Below are positions 1 to 12,778 of a stretch of 64,000 nt of DNA, in pieces. The DNA comes from Ptychomitrium polyphyllum (Eukaryota), in assembly GCA_973851085.1 (NCBI GenBank), contig OZ316776.1:4216001-4280000 (forward strand), given 5' to 3'. The notes below the pieces were generated by a model. The model was not told the DNA's origin and ran no database searches. It saw only the letters and a list, made by a program, of their open reading frames with translations. The stretch's first letter is position 1. Each line of letters opens with the position of its first letter. Made by a program: the position numbers and the translations under genes.

Positions 1-3000
1 CAAGGCGTCGGTCGTCTTCAAATTCCAGATGAGTCCCAACGTTTCCTAAATTATGTTCCGCAAACACTTTGCGAATCTCGTTCTCCAATTCCATTTTTGC
101 CTTTTCGTTTCCCTGTCATGCACACAGTCACAACAGTTGATTAATTTTTTTGAAGCAATTTAAGAAAAAAGCAGCATAACGCACCAGTTTATATGCAGTC
201 CAGGCTCTCGTTACAACCTAAATGCTTCAACGTAGCAGTGTCCTCATAGTGGAACATACCTCTACTTCGTTTTGTAGCTTGCCCTGTAAAGTATAATTCC
301 TACTGTGCTGGTCAGAAAGTTCCTTTCTTTCAGTTTCAGCATCTTTAAGGCCCCTTTCAAAAGTCATTTGGCTCTGCCTCAGCTCAGCAATGTGGTCCTT
401 GAAATTATTTTGCCAACCAAGGAGTTCCTCGTCCGGATCTATCCGAGCAAATTCTTGTCTCAGTAAAATGAATAACCAATATTGAAACGTTACGATCAAG
501 TAATTGCCCAACAAGCTCAGTATCTTTCGACTACATCAAGACTACAAACTGCCATTGTTATGAAATCCAACAATACTTTTAAAAAATAGAACAAATAAGC
601 ATAAGTTCTGCGAGATAAAGGTCACATCAAAGCAAGGTATTGTCAAATTGAAATATATTATAACATCCTTGATACTGAAACAGCCTAATCACCTCAGTAT
701 CAAATTTACAAGCATCTCATTCAAAAATCAAATAAGGTAGCAGTTTGCCTTAGTTAGATGATACCTACACACCAACTTCACAGTTCTTAACATGACTAAT
801 ACCAAAATCTTATTGACAAGAAACCGACCTGTGATCTCTTCACCGAGAGCTTGAAACTGTTCATCCTTCTGTTTCTTTAACATCTCTCTTACCGACTCCT
901 TGATATCTATTTCTTTCGTCAGTTTGCCATATTGTTTCAAACCCTCTTCCATAACACTTATCCTCCTGCAAGAATCGTAAATCGTCTTTTCCAAATCCTG
1001 GACTTGCTTGCGCAAGAAATCAGACTTTCCCAGATCTTGATCGATGTTCTCTTGAAACTGCACACCTCAATATGGAACAAGAAAAAGTACTCAAACCATT
1101 AATCTGCACAACTTGAAGGGAAAATGAAAAATCTCATAAACAATATCAAAAAACCAACTCAAGACCTGCTACATACGTAAGTGACAACCGGCCTTTAGCA
1201 ACATACACGATATGACACTCCTGATGAACAGTCAACAGAGTCTACGACAACCACGTGACCATGAGAATATGATAAGTACCTGCCAACCACGGAGCCATTT
1301 CAGGGGAGGAAATACTGGAAACATCTACCCAAAATGTGAGCACGAATTTAAAACCTTATTCTTTTTCTTGAGTTGGTTCAAGAAATGCTTACTCTATGAG
1401 CTGTGTCCTTCAAAGTTCTCAGATTTTCCAATTTCAGTTTGTACATCTTAATTCCCTGCGCTTGATCCTTGTGCAACTTCTTTAAGACCTCCAAGGCTTT
1501 CGTGTACCTATCAAGTTCCAAATTTAACAAAGAATTTTGTCCCAACACCAATATTTGCAAAGCTGGCGCAATCCATTAGGCTCCAAACCACATCACGCAA
1601 CAGGTTATTTATTCAAACCATGTGCGCAACAATATAAGTCTTCTCCGTCATACCCGGTATTTAGAGTTGACCTTCAGCACGAGCAATCAAATGTCTTTAT
1701 AAGGGCAAGAACTACCTGGTGGCAGAAAATATATCATCAAACTTTCTCTTAAGAACAGAAGGCTCGGCTAAAGGCCAATTTGCTTCGTCCTGGTGCACAA
1801 ATATCACATTTTCCAAAATCGCTTTCGACACTCCCATAAGAGCAGGAATCTCCCTATCTATATCGGCGCACTTATAGCTCAGAGCAACTTTCTGCACACA
1901 CAAATCCATCAAAGTCGCATAGAGCCGACATGTCGGGACAACTACTCGTATACATTTACATATAACACGAATCCAATTAAATTTATCCATAGAAAAACAT
2001 ACCAATCGGTTCTAACCCAGTCTTGGAAGAATCTGAAGTGTATCGGTTAAAAACCAAATTAAAATGTTGTCTTGTGATAAAAGGAAATAAAAACTTGATC
2101 ATTTGACGAATTTCGCACCTCACCGTTGTGATCGAGTGTCTGAATCACACTTTCAATAGCCTTATATTCCATCTTTGACGCCTTCTGTGTAAGCTGGAAA
2201 GACCGGATACAAACAACATCCTTTCCAGCACCGGTCTTGAACCTCAACTTTATTTGCCCCTTTGTCTCAGTCTCCCCAGCTACCTGAGTATCCAAACATT
2301 TCTGTAAAAACGGTATTCTAACGAAAAACTAAAAACAGGTCATCCGAATCAAACATTGAACTTTATCTGCTAATGAAGCAGGGAGGGACCATACACAACT
2401 ATTAAGACCTGATTCTACCAAATCCGCGAGACAAACGCTCAACAGACTAGAAACGTTTCAGTTCGACAACGCATTTTATTTGCACTTTTGCACACTCACG
2501 TCCCAAACATTGATCCTGAAAAAGATACATCGTACCTTTGGATCGTGAATAAAAGTATGACCAGACCTTGAATTTGGAGGCAGCTCCCCTGTACAAGCAT
2601 GCTTCAAGCATTCGATAATTGTCTGCAACCATCCGACACGGTTATCTATAGAATCATCAACTAGTCATTAATTTACACGAAACTTTGGCAATAAGACACC
2701 TGAGTAGATCTAACAGACTGCCCCTCGAACAAGAACATTTTCAACATACTTCAATAGGAATCAATGGAAAGGTTCTGAAGATCACGATTGTCCATAAAGC
2801 TGAGGTACAGCCAATCGTATAAAAAAAAACCCTCTTACCTACAAAGAGCATTATGAACACCACAGCTGCATCGTGCTTTCAGCCAATCACCTACAACTAA
2901 TTCTAGCATGAACTCTTCCACCACTCATTAGTGAAGAAGTATCAAAGATCCTTTAATCGTCAACTCAGGGTCCAGAACCTCAGGTTTCGAGACACTTCAA

Positions 3001-3787
3001 CACCAATAAATAATTCTGAAGACCTCGATTGTCCACAAAATCAAGGAACAGCCAATTGTACATAAAAGCGCTCCACTACAAGGAGCATTAGAGAAACCAC
3101 AACGGTATCGGTCCTTCAGCCACCAATACATAAAGCCAATCACCTCCAGTCAACCCTTACATAAGACTCTTCTACCACTCGTCAGTGAAGAAGCATCTAA
3201 GAACCTATAATCATGAACTAAGATTTCAGAAATCCACAAGCTCGAGGGGACAGCCAGTTGTCCACAGGCTAAAAACACATGGCCTACAAAGAACGTTACA
3301 AATACCGGAGCTGCATCGAGTTCTTAATCAGTCACTTACAAACAACCCTAGCACGAAACTCTTCCATCACTCGTTAGTAAAGAAACATCCAAGCTCCTCT
3401 AATCGTCAACTCAGGATAAACATACTTCAACAGCAATCAATACAAAGGTTCTAAAAGACCTCGATCGTCCATAAGCTCGAGGGAACAGCTAATTGCAAAC
3501 AATCTAAAAGCTCTTGCCTACAAAGAGCACTAGAAACATCACAGCTGCATCAGGTTTTCAGCCACCATTACATGAAACGAAGCCAGTCGCTGAATTCTAA
3601 CCCTAGCATCGAAGATTGGAGAATCCTCAATTCAGGTTCAAGAAATGGCGAGCGTGCCGCGTACCGTCTTGCCGGCGCCGTTAGGACCGACGATGAGCGT
3701 GAGAGGGCGGAAGAAGGTGATGACACGAGCGTTGTCCGGGTCGAAGGCGCGGATGCCCTTGATGAGCATCTTGTCCACCGTGCTCAT
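1..3787 (-). CDS. RAD50: DNA repair protein RAD50 (MRN complex), 5' part; gene continues past the left edge
   Basis: Starts [17 protein letters not shown]...[13 protein letters not shown] (Walker A), then TIIECLK...[13 protein letters not shown] and the Q-loop region [15 protein letters not shown], followed by coiled coil. GT-AG exons with consistent phases: 3787-3665, 2622-2536, 2283-2119, 1891-1716, 1507-1393, 1057-829, 438-260, 112-<1. Confidence 0.97.
2745..3570. repeat. Degenerate tandem repeat, about 4 copies of a 200-240 bp unit, in RAD50 intron 1
   Basis: Recurring blocks: ctacaaagagca-like at ~2839, ~3076, ~3284 and ~3518. Also gaagacctcgattgtcca, cagccaattgt, agtgaagaagcatc and taatcgtcaactcagg variants in the same order. 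Confidence 0.85.
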
Positions 3788-3818
3788 CGTGACAATGGAT
3801 GCAGAAACTACGACAATT

Positions 3819-3826
3819 CCGCCAAA
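3819..3826 (-). promoter_or_regulatory. Putative E2F site (TTTGGCGG) 32 nt upstream of the RAD50 ATG
   Basis: Matches the plant E2F consensus WTTSSCSS and sits next to a DNA repair gene start. The motif is short and could be chance. Confidence 0.3.
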
Positions 3827-4826
3827 CACGCTCGATCCGCTGGAGTATACTCCTCCTTGGAAGTCCGCTACGTAATGTGGTTCGACTGGAACGCCTCAGG
3901 GCTACAAGAACGATGAAGCGCAGTCCATGTCCATGAGCTCACTCCATCCGTGCTTGTTTTGCTGTTGCAATGTTCCTTCTCTCTCTCGCTCTCTCGCTCT
4001 CTCTAGACTTGCTTGGATGGTTTCGGAAGAATATGGCATGCATGCGAGAGCTCGATCGTAACCCTACGCCCTTCCTCTGCGCCGACTCTACCAATCAGCA
4101 ATCCTCAATCACCGCCAGAATGGAGCAGGCACAGACTTGGATGTTTGGACTTGCAAGCTTGGTCTTTGTGGTAATTCTTCGAGCGGAAAGTCGTCCACAA
4201 GCCAGAGTGCTAATTGTGCTAACATGGATGTCTTTCCTTTGAGGAGGGGTTGTCTGTATTGAACATGTATTTCTTCATGTAAGGTGAAAGAGTAACAAGA
4301 GAGATACACTAGCATCTTGTTGTCTTTAGATGTGCTTATATTACTTTCATAAGATTTTAGAATGATGGACAATACTACCATTTGGAAAGAATAGATTGCC
4401 AAAGGCTTTCATGTATTAAAAAGAAAAGGAAAAGAAGTGATAAAGAAAGCAATTATAGTTGCCAACTAGAACTATGATGAATTTGTACCATGATGATACG
4501 TCACACACCAACTCTAAATATTTTACAATGATTTATGAAGTAAGTGACATTTGACTTATTTCACTTGGTTATATTTGTATATTCTTTATTTGAGGCAATT
4601 CACGCACTAGTGTATTTTTGTATTTGCTTTAAATTACAATGATTGAAAAAAATATTATAAGTTGATATTTGAATTTTCACCAATTAATATGAAAAAATGA
4701 AGTTTAGATTTTGACAAGTGTATAGGATTTGAATTGGTTATTTACATTGACATAATCAATTTTTAAAAAAAGTTGTTACTTGTAGTTTTTAAATTAAAAG
4801 ATTTGTATACTATATATTGAATTGCT

Positions 4827-4917
4827 CATGGAAATCAACTTGCAATTTGGAAGTTATTAAATTGAATGGACATGGAAATCAACTTGCAATTTGGAAGTTA
4901 TTAAATTGAATGGACAT
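4827..4917. repeat. Perfect 44-bp tandem duplication
   Basis: catggaaatcaacttgcaatttggaagttattaaattgaatgga occurs at 4827 and 4871, followed by cat. Confidence 0.95.
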
Positions 4918-5826
4918 ATCAGTTTGTCTAAAGAAGTGAATAAATTTTTCAATGTAGTTGTTGATTATTTCAAAAAGTCTTTTAAAAAACAAGCAATAGG
5001 TGGATTAAAATTAGGAACAACAAATAATACAATCACTAAAGATCATTACTCTAGTAATTTCAAATGATGCTTATATTTAATGTATAATATTTATAAAGTT
5101 TATAGAGACCATTCATTTGTTCGATACATTGACAATTATAACAATCTTGCTTCCAAAAATTATTGTATTTACACAAAAACCTTTTGGCATTTGATTTTTA
5201 AAAATCCAAGTTGGTGTTATATATAAGCGTTTTTATCTATAAATTTTTCAATTTCTACCTTGTTATGGTCAATCACCACATGTCAAATCAATACACATTA
5301 GATTATATGGTCAAAGTAGCACACACATTAGATTACAAAGTCAAATTAGTATATATTAGATTATTCTATTAAAATTGTATATAATATTATGTATTTTGTG
5401 CTTTCAAAACTTCTTTAAATTTTAAATAGGATTTCTTTTAGAAACACATATAACATAAAGAAGAAAAAGTGCATAGTAAATTGAAATAGATGAATTAAAA
5501 AAACTATTGAAATTGAAATTGAAATTTAAAAATATGTTATATTTTTAATGAAACAATTCAAATTTGATTTGTTTAAATTGGCATATTGTGATCATTTGAT
5601 ATCATTAAATTTGAAATGATTTGATGTATTTGTGGTATTAGTTGTAAAAACTGTTTTTTTTGTTTAAACTTCAATTTAAAAAAAATTATAATATTTTAAC
5701 AAGTAAAATTATGTATCCTACTATATGTGGTTTAAGTAGGATGAAACAAAAATGTAGAACCTATTTTTATTTGAAGGCATTATACTCTAAAAAATTTAAA
5801 TAGATACATGTACTTCTTCACAAGAC

Positions 5827-5877
5827 CAAAATTATAATCAAAATTATAATCAAAATTATAATCAAAATTATAATCAA
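5827..5877. repeat. 12-bp minisatellite (caaaattataat)x4
   Basis: Four perfect copies read directly. Confidence 0.95.
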
Positions 5878-7108
5878 TTGATCATAATGAAATTTATATT
5901 TGTTCATAAAAAGATTGTCCATTCAAAAAATGTGAGGTTTTTTTTAGTTTTAGTTCTCAAACAACATAGTATTTTATCTAATGGAGGCTTTTGAAAAGTA
6001 AAATTAAAGTTATTAAATTAAAAAATGATGTCTTTTGTATTCAAGTTCAAATATGTATGCTTAGTTATATTTAACTTGTTTTAAGTATATGAGTTGATTA
6101 CATTGAATACAAATATATTTGGATTGCTTGAACACAAATTCATTTGAAATACATTGAAAATTCAACTTGTTATGCATATTTTCAAGTCAATGCGAACTAG
6201 TTTAATTTAAAGTATATATTTTTATAAAATGCTTAAATTTGAAATATGAAGGAAAACTTGATTTCTAATTGAAGGAAATTTTCTTTGATACCATTCAAAA
6301 ATACTAACTAAAAGGTTAAAGAACATCAATGGTTGGAATTATTTATAAGGAATTGATGAATGTTTGGTCTTATATATTTAATCATCACCATATGTAAATA
6401 AATAAAAAGATCTAAAGTGATGAATTATATTTAAATCAAACCAATTTTACCAAGCAACCAAATATAACATTTTTTAGCAACATGACCTTGCATAACCACA
6501 TTAAAGCTTTTCAATTCATATATTCTATTATAGATAATAGACTTATTACGAACTCATTCTATTTACTCCAAAAAATATAAGAGTAATGTAAAATTTTGGT
6601 ATGAAAACATGTCCATCAATTTATTGGTTGAGTTGTTTTTACTATCAAGATATGTGCTTCAATCACAAATATAAGTAAAATAAGAAAGAAGATAAAATTC
6701 CTAGTGACATATTGCATGATAAAATGGTGAAGCTTTTAAATAATTATAGGTTTTAACAAAAAAGAATATTATGCTTGAAAAAGAAATGGAATATAATTGT
6801 AATAACCATTTGTCATGATGCTTGATCATCTTGCTAAAAATATGAATCTTTAGCATAAAAAAACATCCCCTTCACTAACATCGATCCTTCGGGGTCGAAG
6901 TATGGGGTCGTCCAGACGAAATTCCAGAAGTTACAGACAAGCCACACTTTTCAATCGGCAGCGTCAAGCCTAGTCAGCATGCAGGTTCGAAGCCACTAGA
7001 AACAGAAACGATCCGATATGGCATCCAACCATTTCTATTAAAAAAAATATCTGACCGCAATTCTCCAGACTCTTTTTCCTCTATACGACGGTCACAGCCC
7101 GAAGCGTC

Positions 7109-7196
7109 CACGAGGCAGGCGAAAGGTGGGCAAGAATTCAAAACCAATTGCAAATTCCACTCCCTCAAAAGACGAAGTTGAGCGCCTGCCACGTGG
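7109..7196 (+). promoter_or_regulatory. Candidate ferritin promoter elements: IDRS-like CACGAGGCAGGCGA (7109-7122) and G-box GCCACGTGG (7188-7196)
   Basis: Located about 530-620 nt upstream of the ferritin ATG. The G-box is exact. The first element shares the CACGAGGC start with the angiosperm iron-dependent regulatory sequence as I recall it. Confidence 0.35.
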
Positions 7197-7725
7197 ACCC
7201 CGCTCTCGTCTCTTGTCCTATCCGCTCTGATAAAGCACCCCCGCTTTCGGCTTCCGAGCAAATTCTCTCGGCTTGCTCATAAGGAGACCTCCAAACGCCT
7301 GCCTAGGCGCCAGGAGAGGCTTCACGGTGTGCACTCGCTGATTGATATCAGCACGATACTCAGGTAATACTAGTGCAATAACATTATATTTCCCTCCTGA
7401 TACCCACTTGATATGCTCAGTCTACCCGCCTAGTTCAACCGCAAATGCACCCGCGTCGTTGTCTACCGCTGCCGCGCTTAGCAAGTGATCTGCCATAGGC
7501 GCACGAACGGTCCAGCGGAGTTCACTGTGTGGGGTGTTTTCGGATGATATCTACACGAACATCGCATACCTATCTGGATGCGCTGCGCTTGTTCTCGTTT
7601 CAATTGTTAGGTTTTGTTAGAGCGGGAGCTAGAGCTTACGCGAGTAGAAGCGGTTCTCTTAGTGGAGACGAACTCGTTAGTTCGTGTGCAGGAGAGTGTG
7701 TGGCCAGAGGAGAAGAGAGATCATC

Positions 7726-10477
7726 ATGGTGATGTTGCAAGTTGCTGCGGCGGGGTCTGTTACCACGCCGGCTGCGGCGTCACTGGTCGCGAGGAGCGGG
7801 GTGGCGGGGAGCTTCAGTGCGGGGAGGAGTGTGGCGGTGCGAACGGGGGCGAGGAATGGACTGGTGGGCGTGAGAGCCTCTAGTAATGATGTGTCGACGA
7901 AGGCGGTGACGGGAGTGGTGTTTGAGCCGTTCAGCGAGGTGCAGGATCAGCTGGTGAAGGTTACTACGTCTCCAAAATTGGAGTCGTTGGCGCGCCAGCG
8001 CTTTTCGACTTCTTGCGAGGCTGCTATTAACGACCAGATTAAGTACTGCGCCTTCGTGTTATTTCGTGTTTTCTTGTTTCTGTTGTTTCTTCGTGATGGA
8101 TAGTTCGTTTGAGCAGCGAGATTAGATCTGCTTCATTTGTGAGAGAGTTTGGTTTTGTGAAGTGGATGTGAGATTTTTAGTCTTGTGAAGTAGGAGGCAT
8201 TTTTTGAAACTGATTAGACTGCAATTAGAAAAGAAGTGGGCAATTGTTCTTGTTCTTTCCGAGTTTCTTTTCAGTGCTCTCTCTAGCGGCCTTGTTTATC
8301 ATTGCGTAAGATTTTTGGACATGCTTGCAAAACGACCTCCAAAAGTGAGTGGATTGGGAAATGGTAAAGGATGTTCTTGATTCTTGATCTGATGTGTAAG
8401 TTAGTGCTCTTTACAATGTAGAATGATAGAATTGAAGTCTTTTGGTTGGGGTTTAGCCTGCTCTTCTACTAGATGCGGAGATAGATGGTCGTGGCTGTTC
8501 GGATTCAGGGTGCTAAATTCAGCAGTCAACGCTTAGAACTATTTTTAGTCCGTTTCTTCTGGAGTCGTTTGGAAGGTTTTGTTGGTTTTTCGAGATTTGT
8601 GCGTTAATTTATCATTAACGCATCGGCGGTGGTCTTACTCTTGGATGTGTATGTCAGTGGGGGCTTGTCTTTGGAAGTTCCACTGGATTTCAAAACAGTT
8701 TTGCTACATCAATTGTGTGGTGTACGAAGCTTTGCCACTTCTGAAAGTGAAGGCTGGCTGTTGGAGTGCGTTACTGACAATTCCGTGGACGTGCTCTTGT
8801 TTTATAGTGTTGAATATAACGTATCATACGTCTACCACGCATTGTTTGCCTACTTCGACCGTGACAATGTGGGACTTCCAGGATTTGCACAGTAAGTAGA
8901 CGAATTTCTTATAGCGATCTCATATATATGCTTTGTTTATATGGTAATCAATATTATTGCCTTAGTAGTGGAGTAACTGGTACCTTTTGAAATTGGTTGC
9001 AGGTATTTCAGAGCTGCTAGCGACGAGGAGCGTGAACATGCTGAGAAATTGATGAAATACCAGGTTCGTTATCTTTGGTGGAATTATCTACTGAACTTGC
9101 TTTTTGGTTTTTTTCGCAGAAATGGTTATCGGTAGAGGCTACTATTTTGTTAAGTTGCGTTGCGACCTTCTGCTCCCTGCGCAAAAAGTAGAAACAAAGG
9201 CAGAGATGCTGCTTTATCTGCTACTTCGCTTTGGTAGTCAATATACGTTTTCTAGTGTATGAGCATAGGGTGGAATATTGCTGTCATGATATAGTAAACA
9301 CTGTTCATGGTTCGGGTGTGCTTTCATTTCAGAACCAGAGGGGAGGAAGAGTCAAGTTGCAATCTATTGTCATGCCCGTGATGGAGTTTGACCATCCTGA
9401 AAAGGGAGACGCTCTTTATGGTGAGTAACTTTTTTGTACAATGTGACTTTTCTGACCGACTAGTTCTTCGTGATACTATCTGCTGTGTTCTTATCGTGAC
9501 GTCTTTGTATCTAACCACATTATTGTGTGTTGTTCAGCAATGGAGTTGGCACTTGCATTGGAGAAACTGACCAACGAGAAGCTTTTGCAGTTGCACCAGG
9601 TAAATGTCAGAATGAGGTGTAGTTGCAATTTCGTTGATTCGGAAGTGACTCAAAGTCGCTCTTCATACGTTGTACTTTTCGTTTACTACATTAACTACGT
9701 TTTTGTAAACTAGATTGATGGTGGTTCGTTCTTGTGATTAGATTTTGAATTTTTTATCTTAAAAAAGAAATGTTTTTCACTTGTTTTAATTATTTTTGCG
9801 CATCTTCACCTCTTATGATTAGGGTATTACTTACCGAGTTTTTGTAAAAATATTGCAGGCTGCTGCTGATGCTAACGATCCCCAGATGACTGATTTTGTT
9901 GAAGGAGAATTTCTCACAGATCAGGTACTTTCACATGTATATGCTTCGGAGGGGGTGTTGTGCATTGCAGTTTTGCGTCAATAGGCAGATCATATATTTA
10001 TTTCTTTTGAATTTCAGCATATGATTTTTCGTTTTTTGATTTGGATTTCGTTGGTGATTGAAGGTCGAAGCAATCAAGAAGGTTTCAGAGTATGTGGCTC
10101 AGCTACGTAGAGTTGGCAAAGGACATGGTAAGCTTATTATTTATGTATCGTATGATGACAATATGGAATAAAGGTTAATAATGTCTTTTCATAGAAGGTC
10201 GTCTAACTCACGATATGTCCTATTTGTTGAGGTCATAAGTCACAGGACTGTTGCCGTGTTAATTTTGTACCGAGTTCGAGCAATCATAATTTATTAGGTT
10301 CTTGTTTTGATGAAAATAGTATGACACGGTCGGTTTATTTTATGTCTAGTTGTGTTTAATCTACTCGTCGAATCATTGAAATCTCACTTTTTTGTCTGGT
10401 CGTGCCTGTTTAATACAGGTGTATACCACTTCGACTTGCAACTTCAGGAAGAACAAGAGCCTGCTGCCGCAGCTTAA
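7726..10477 (+). CDS. FER: Ferritin, plastid-targeted plant type
   Basis: Ala/Ser/Arg-rich transit peptide, then [71 protein letters not shown] and HGVYHFD. Exons: 7726-8042, 8808-8891, 9003-9063, 9333-9420, 9538-9599, 9859-9924, 10064-10127, 10419-10477, the usual 8-exon plant ferritin layout. Confidence 0.98.
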
Positions 10478-12778
10478 AGGATTGTTATGTCCGCCATTTT
10501 ATTTGATAGCATTGAAACTGCACGTTGTGTGCTTTATGTTTTGAAATTAGACGGTGCACTTACATTTTCTTAACATAAGTCCAAACAAGGAGTTCAAAAC
10601 ATTTTTTTCAGACTAGGTTAATACTGTAGACTCTATGATGATGCTTATTGCTGTAAAGACATACTCGAATAGACGTGCAGCTTGGACATCAGTTCTTGGA
10701 CAGCTTTTCTTATTTTAATGAACAGAGATATAATCTAGTTGCGGCAACAATGGTTTGAATAAATGGCTTTTTTCTTATGTGGCTGAACGTTTGTTACTTT
10801 GCTGGTGGAGTACATCTTGTGTATTTTAGGTGAGAGAAATCTGAATTTACTTGCGTTTCTTAAGACAGGAAGTGCATTTTCGAGAATAGTACATAGGCAC
10901 GAGCATTCAATGTTCTAGTGGATGATAAGTAGGAGTCACCTCGTGAAATAAAGCTGAACGTAAGTTCAAGGGCAAATATAACTTAGTGCCTTGGTAGGAC
11001 CTTATGAGTGCGAGAAAATCTAGATTGTGAGGTGAGTACAATGGACTGTCGAAAAGTGTTGATAGAGTAAAACTAGCGAGACGGATTCCACGTTGGATAT
11101 TACCTTAAGTGACTTATTACCCACACAGATACACTACCTTGGTTTCCTGGTAGTTAATTCCCTCAGCTCATAAGAAGCTGTTGTGAAGATTCTCAAGTCT
11201 AATTCCGAATGAAGTGGTACAATAGAGCCGAGCTCTTGGCATCTTGCTTTCTAATAGTGCAATTGGAGATACCAAGATCTGGGCTTATTTCTGTTGTAGC
11301 TGGGGTTGAAAACCCCCAAATGGATGGAAGGAAATAAAATTACAACCTTATCATTTAAAATATCAATGAATGGATTGGTGATTGAATAAATAGGTTTCAA
11401 AGTTGGGTTTTGAAAAATGATTGTTTGGGAGTAAATTGTTGAAGCATATATGCCAACATCATCAAGGACATAATTCTGACTTCTTGGCAACACAAAATAG
11501 CATGTACTCTTAATATATATTGTAGGTTACACATGTCTATCACTCGAGAACTCTGGTTAATAACACCAACTCCATTATTACTTCTTAATTCACATAATTC
11601 TAAGGTTAATAAAAGATTAGAGAGTGTTTTTGCCTTTGACCACAGTCTTAAATATTTGAACTCACAAAAACTTTCTAGCACCATTTCCGTTATTTTATTT
11701 GATTTCTAATCAAAAATCAATGAATCTTATCACCTGCATATGGCCTAAACAAATAAAAAACTTGCATCATTGAGGAGTGGTTGGAGAATTTCTGGAGAAT
11801 TTTTTGTGAAATTTCTTTTAAGTTTTTAATGTAGTCTACAAGATTGATGCTGCAACTAGTGGTTAGAAGTAGTAAAGACTTAAAAGACTTCAAATGTAAT
11901 AATCTTTGCGGGTCATTATTTGATTATTTGAATCTTGGGACTTTGTCTGTACAATTTCAAAGTGGTAAACAAATCACTTTAACCTACCTAATCTGAAGCT
12001 GGTGAATTTAAATGTGTTCTTGTGCATTCATGTACAAATATTTGATAAAAATACATTAATTGGAAGGTTTGAGGAAATATAAAACTTCCCTCCACTTTTA
12101 AAGATTCTCTTGTGTGTCCACTTAATAGGCCATTGCATAACTGCTACCGAACCTTTGCATTCCCCTCACTACTACTACAACCACACCCTCCAGCTTTACG
12201 TGAAAGAATTCAAACTAGACAGCATCCAGAAGATGGAACCTCTGTTTACATTTAACTTAAACCAGAATAAAGCTGTTGATCTACAAGAGAGGGGCTTGCA
12301 CCCAATCATTTCCCTCGACACACTTTTTCACAATAGACGTACTAGAGCAAAATTCAACATCAGAGTAGTCTCAAAAAGTACTTGTCAGAGCCCATTGAAA
12401 GTAACTTTCGGTCCAGCGTGAGATCCAGAAACGGAACAGTATTCGTGAGATGCTACTATAAATATTGCCCAGAAACATAAAGATGCTGATCAAATGCATG
12501 AATATGTATGGAGACAGAGAGAGGGAGAGGGACAGAGAGAGAGAGTACTGTAGAGCTCAATTGACCCGATTAAAGGCAAGGGGCTTACAAGTTCCGTCAT
12601 GCAAAACTATCAACTAACATGCATTACAGAAAGTTTATGTTCTCTCTGGTTCCGGTTAATGTACCTTACTACCTTCATGAGGGTTAGCCTAAGTTGTGCT
12701 GGAGTCTAGACAGGCTTAGATTCTCTGCCAAAACGTCTGCACCATCGATGACGCCGTTCATGTTGACGTCGATATTGC

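Noticed and set aside
3970..4242. Small plus-strand ORF divergent from RAD50
   Set aside because: It starts in a CT repeat and has no family signal.
4827..5877. Short repeats as a CRISPR-like array
   Set aside because: They are head-to-tail copies without spacers, in a eukaryotic context.
6960..7000. B-box-like GGTTCGAAGCC suggesting a tRNA or SINE
   Set aside because: No cloverleaf, convincing A box or poly-T/A tail could be built.
11250..11700. Possible LINE ORF2 remnant on the minus strand
   Set aside because: Only a vague resemblance; no RT or endonuclease motif is visible.
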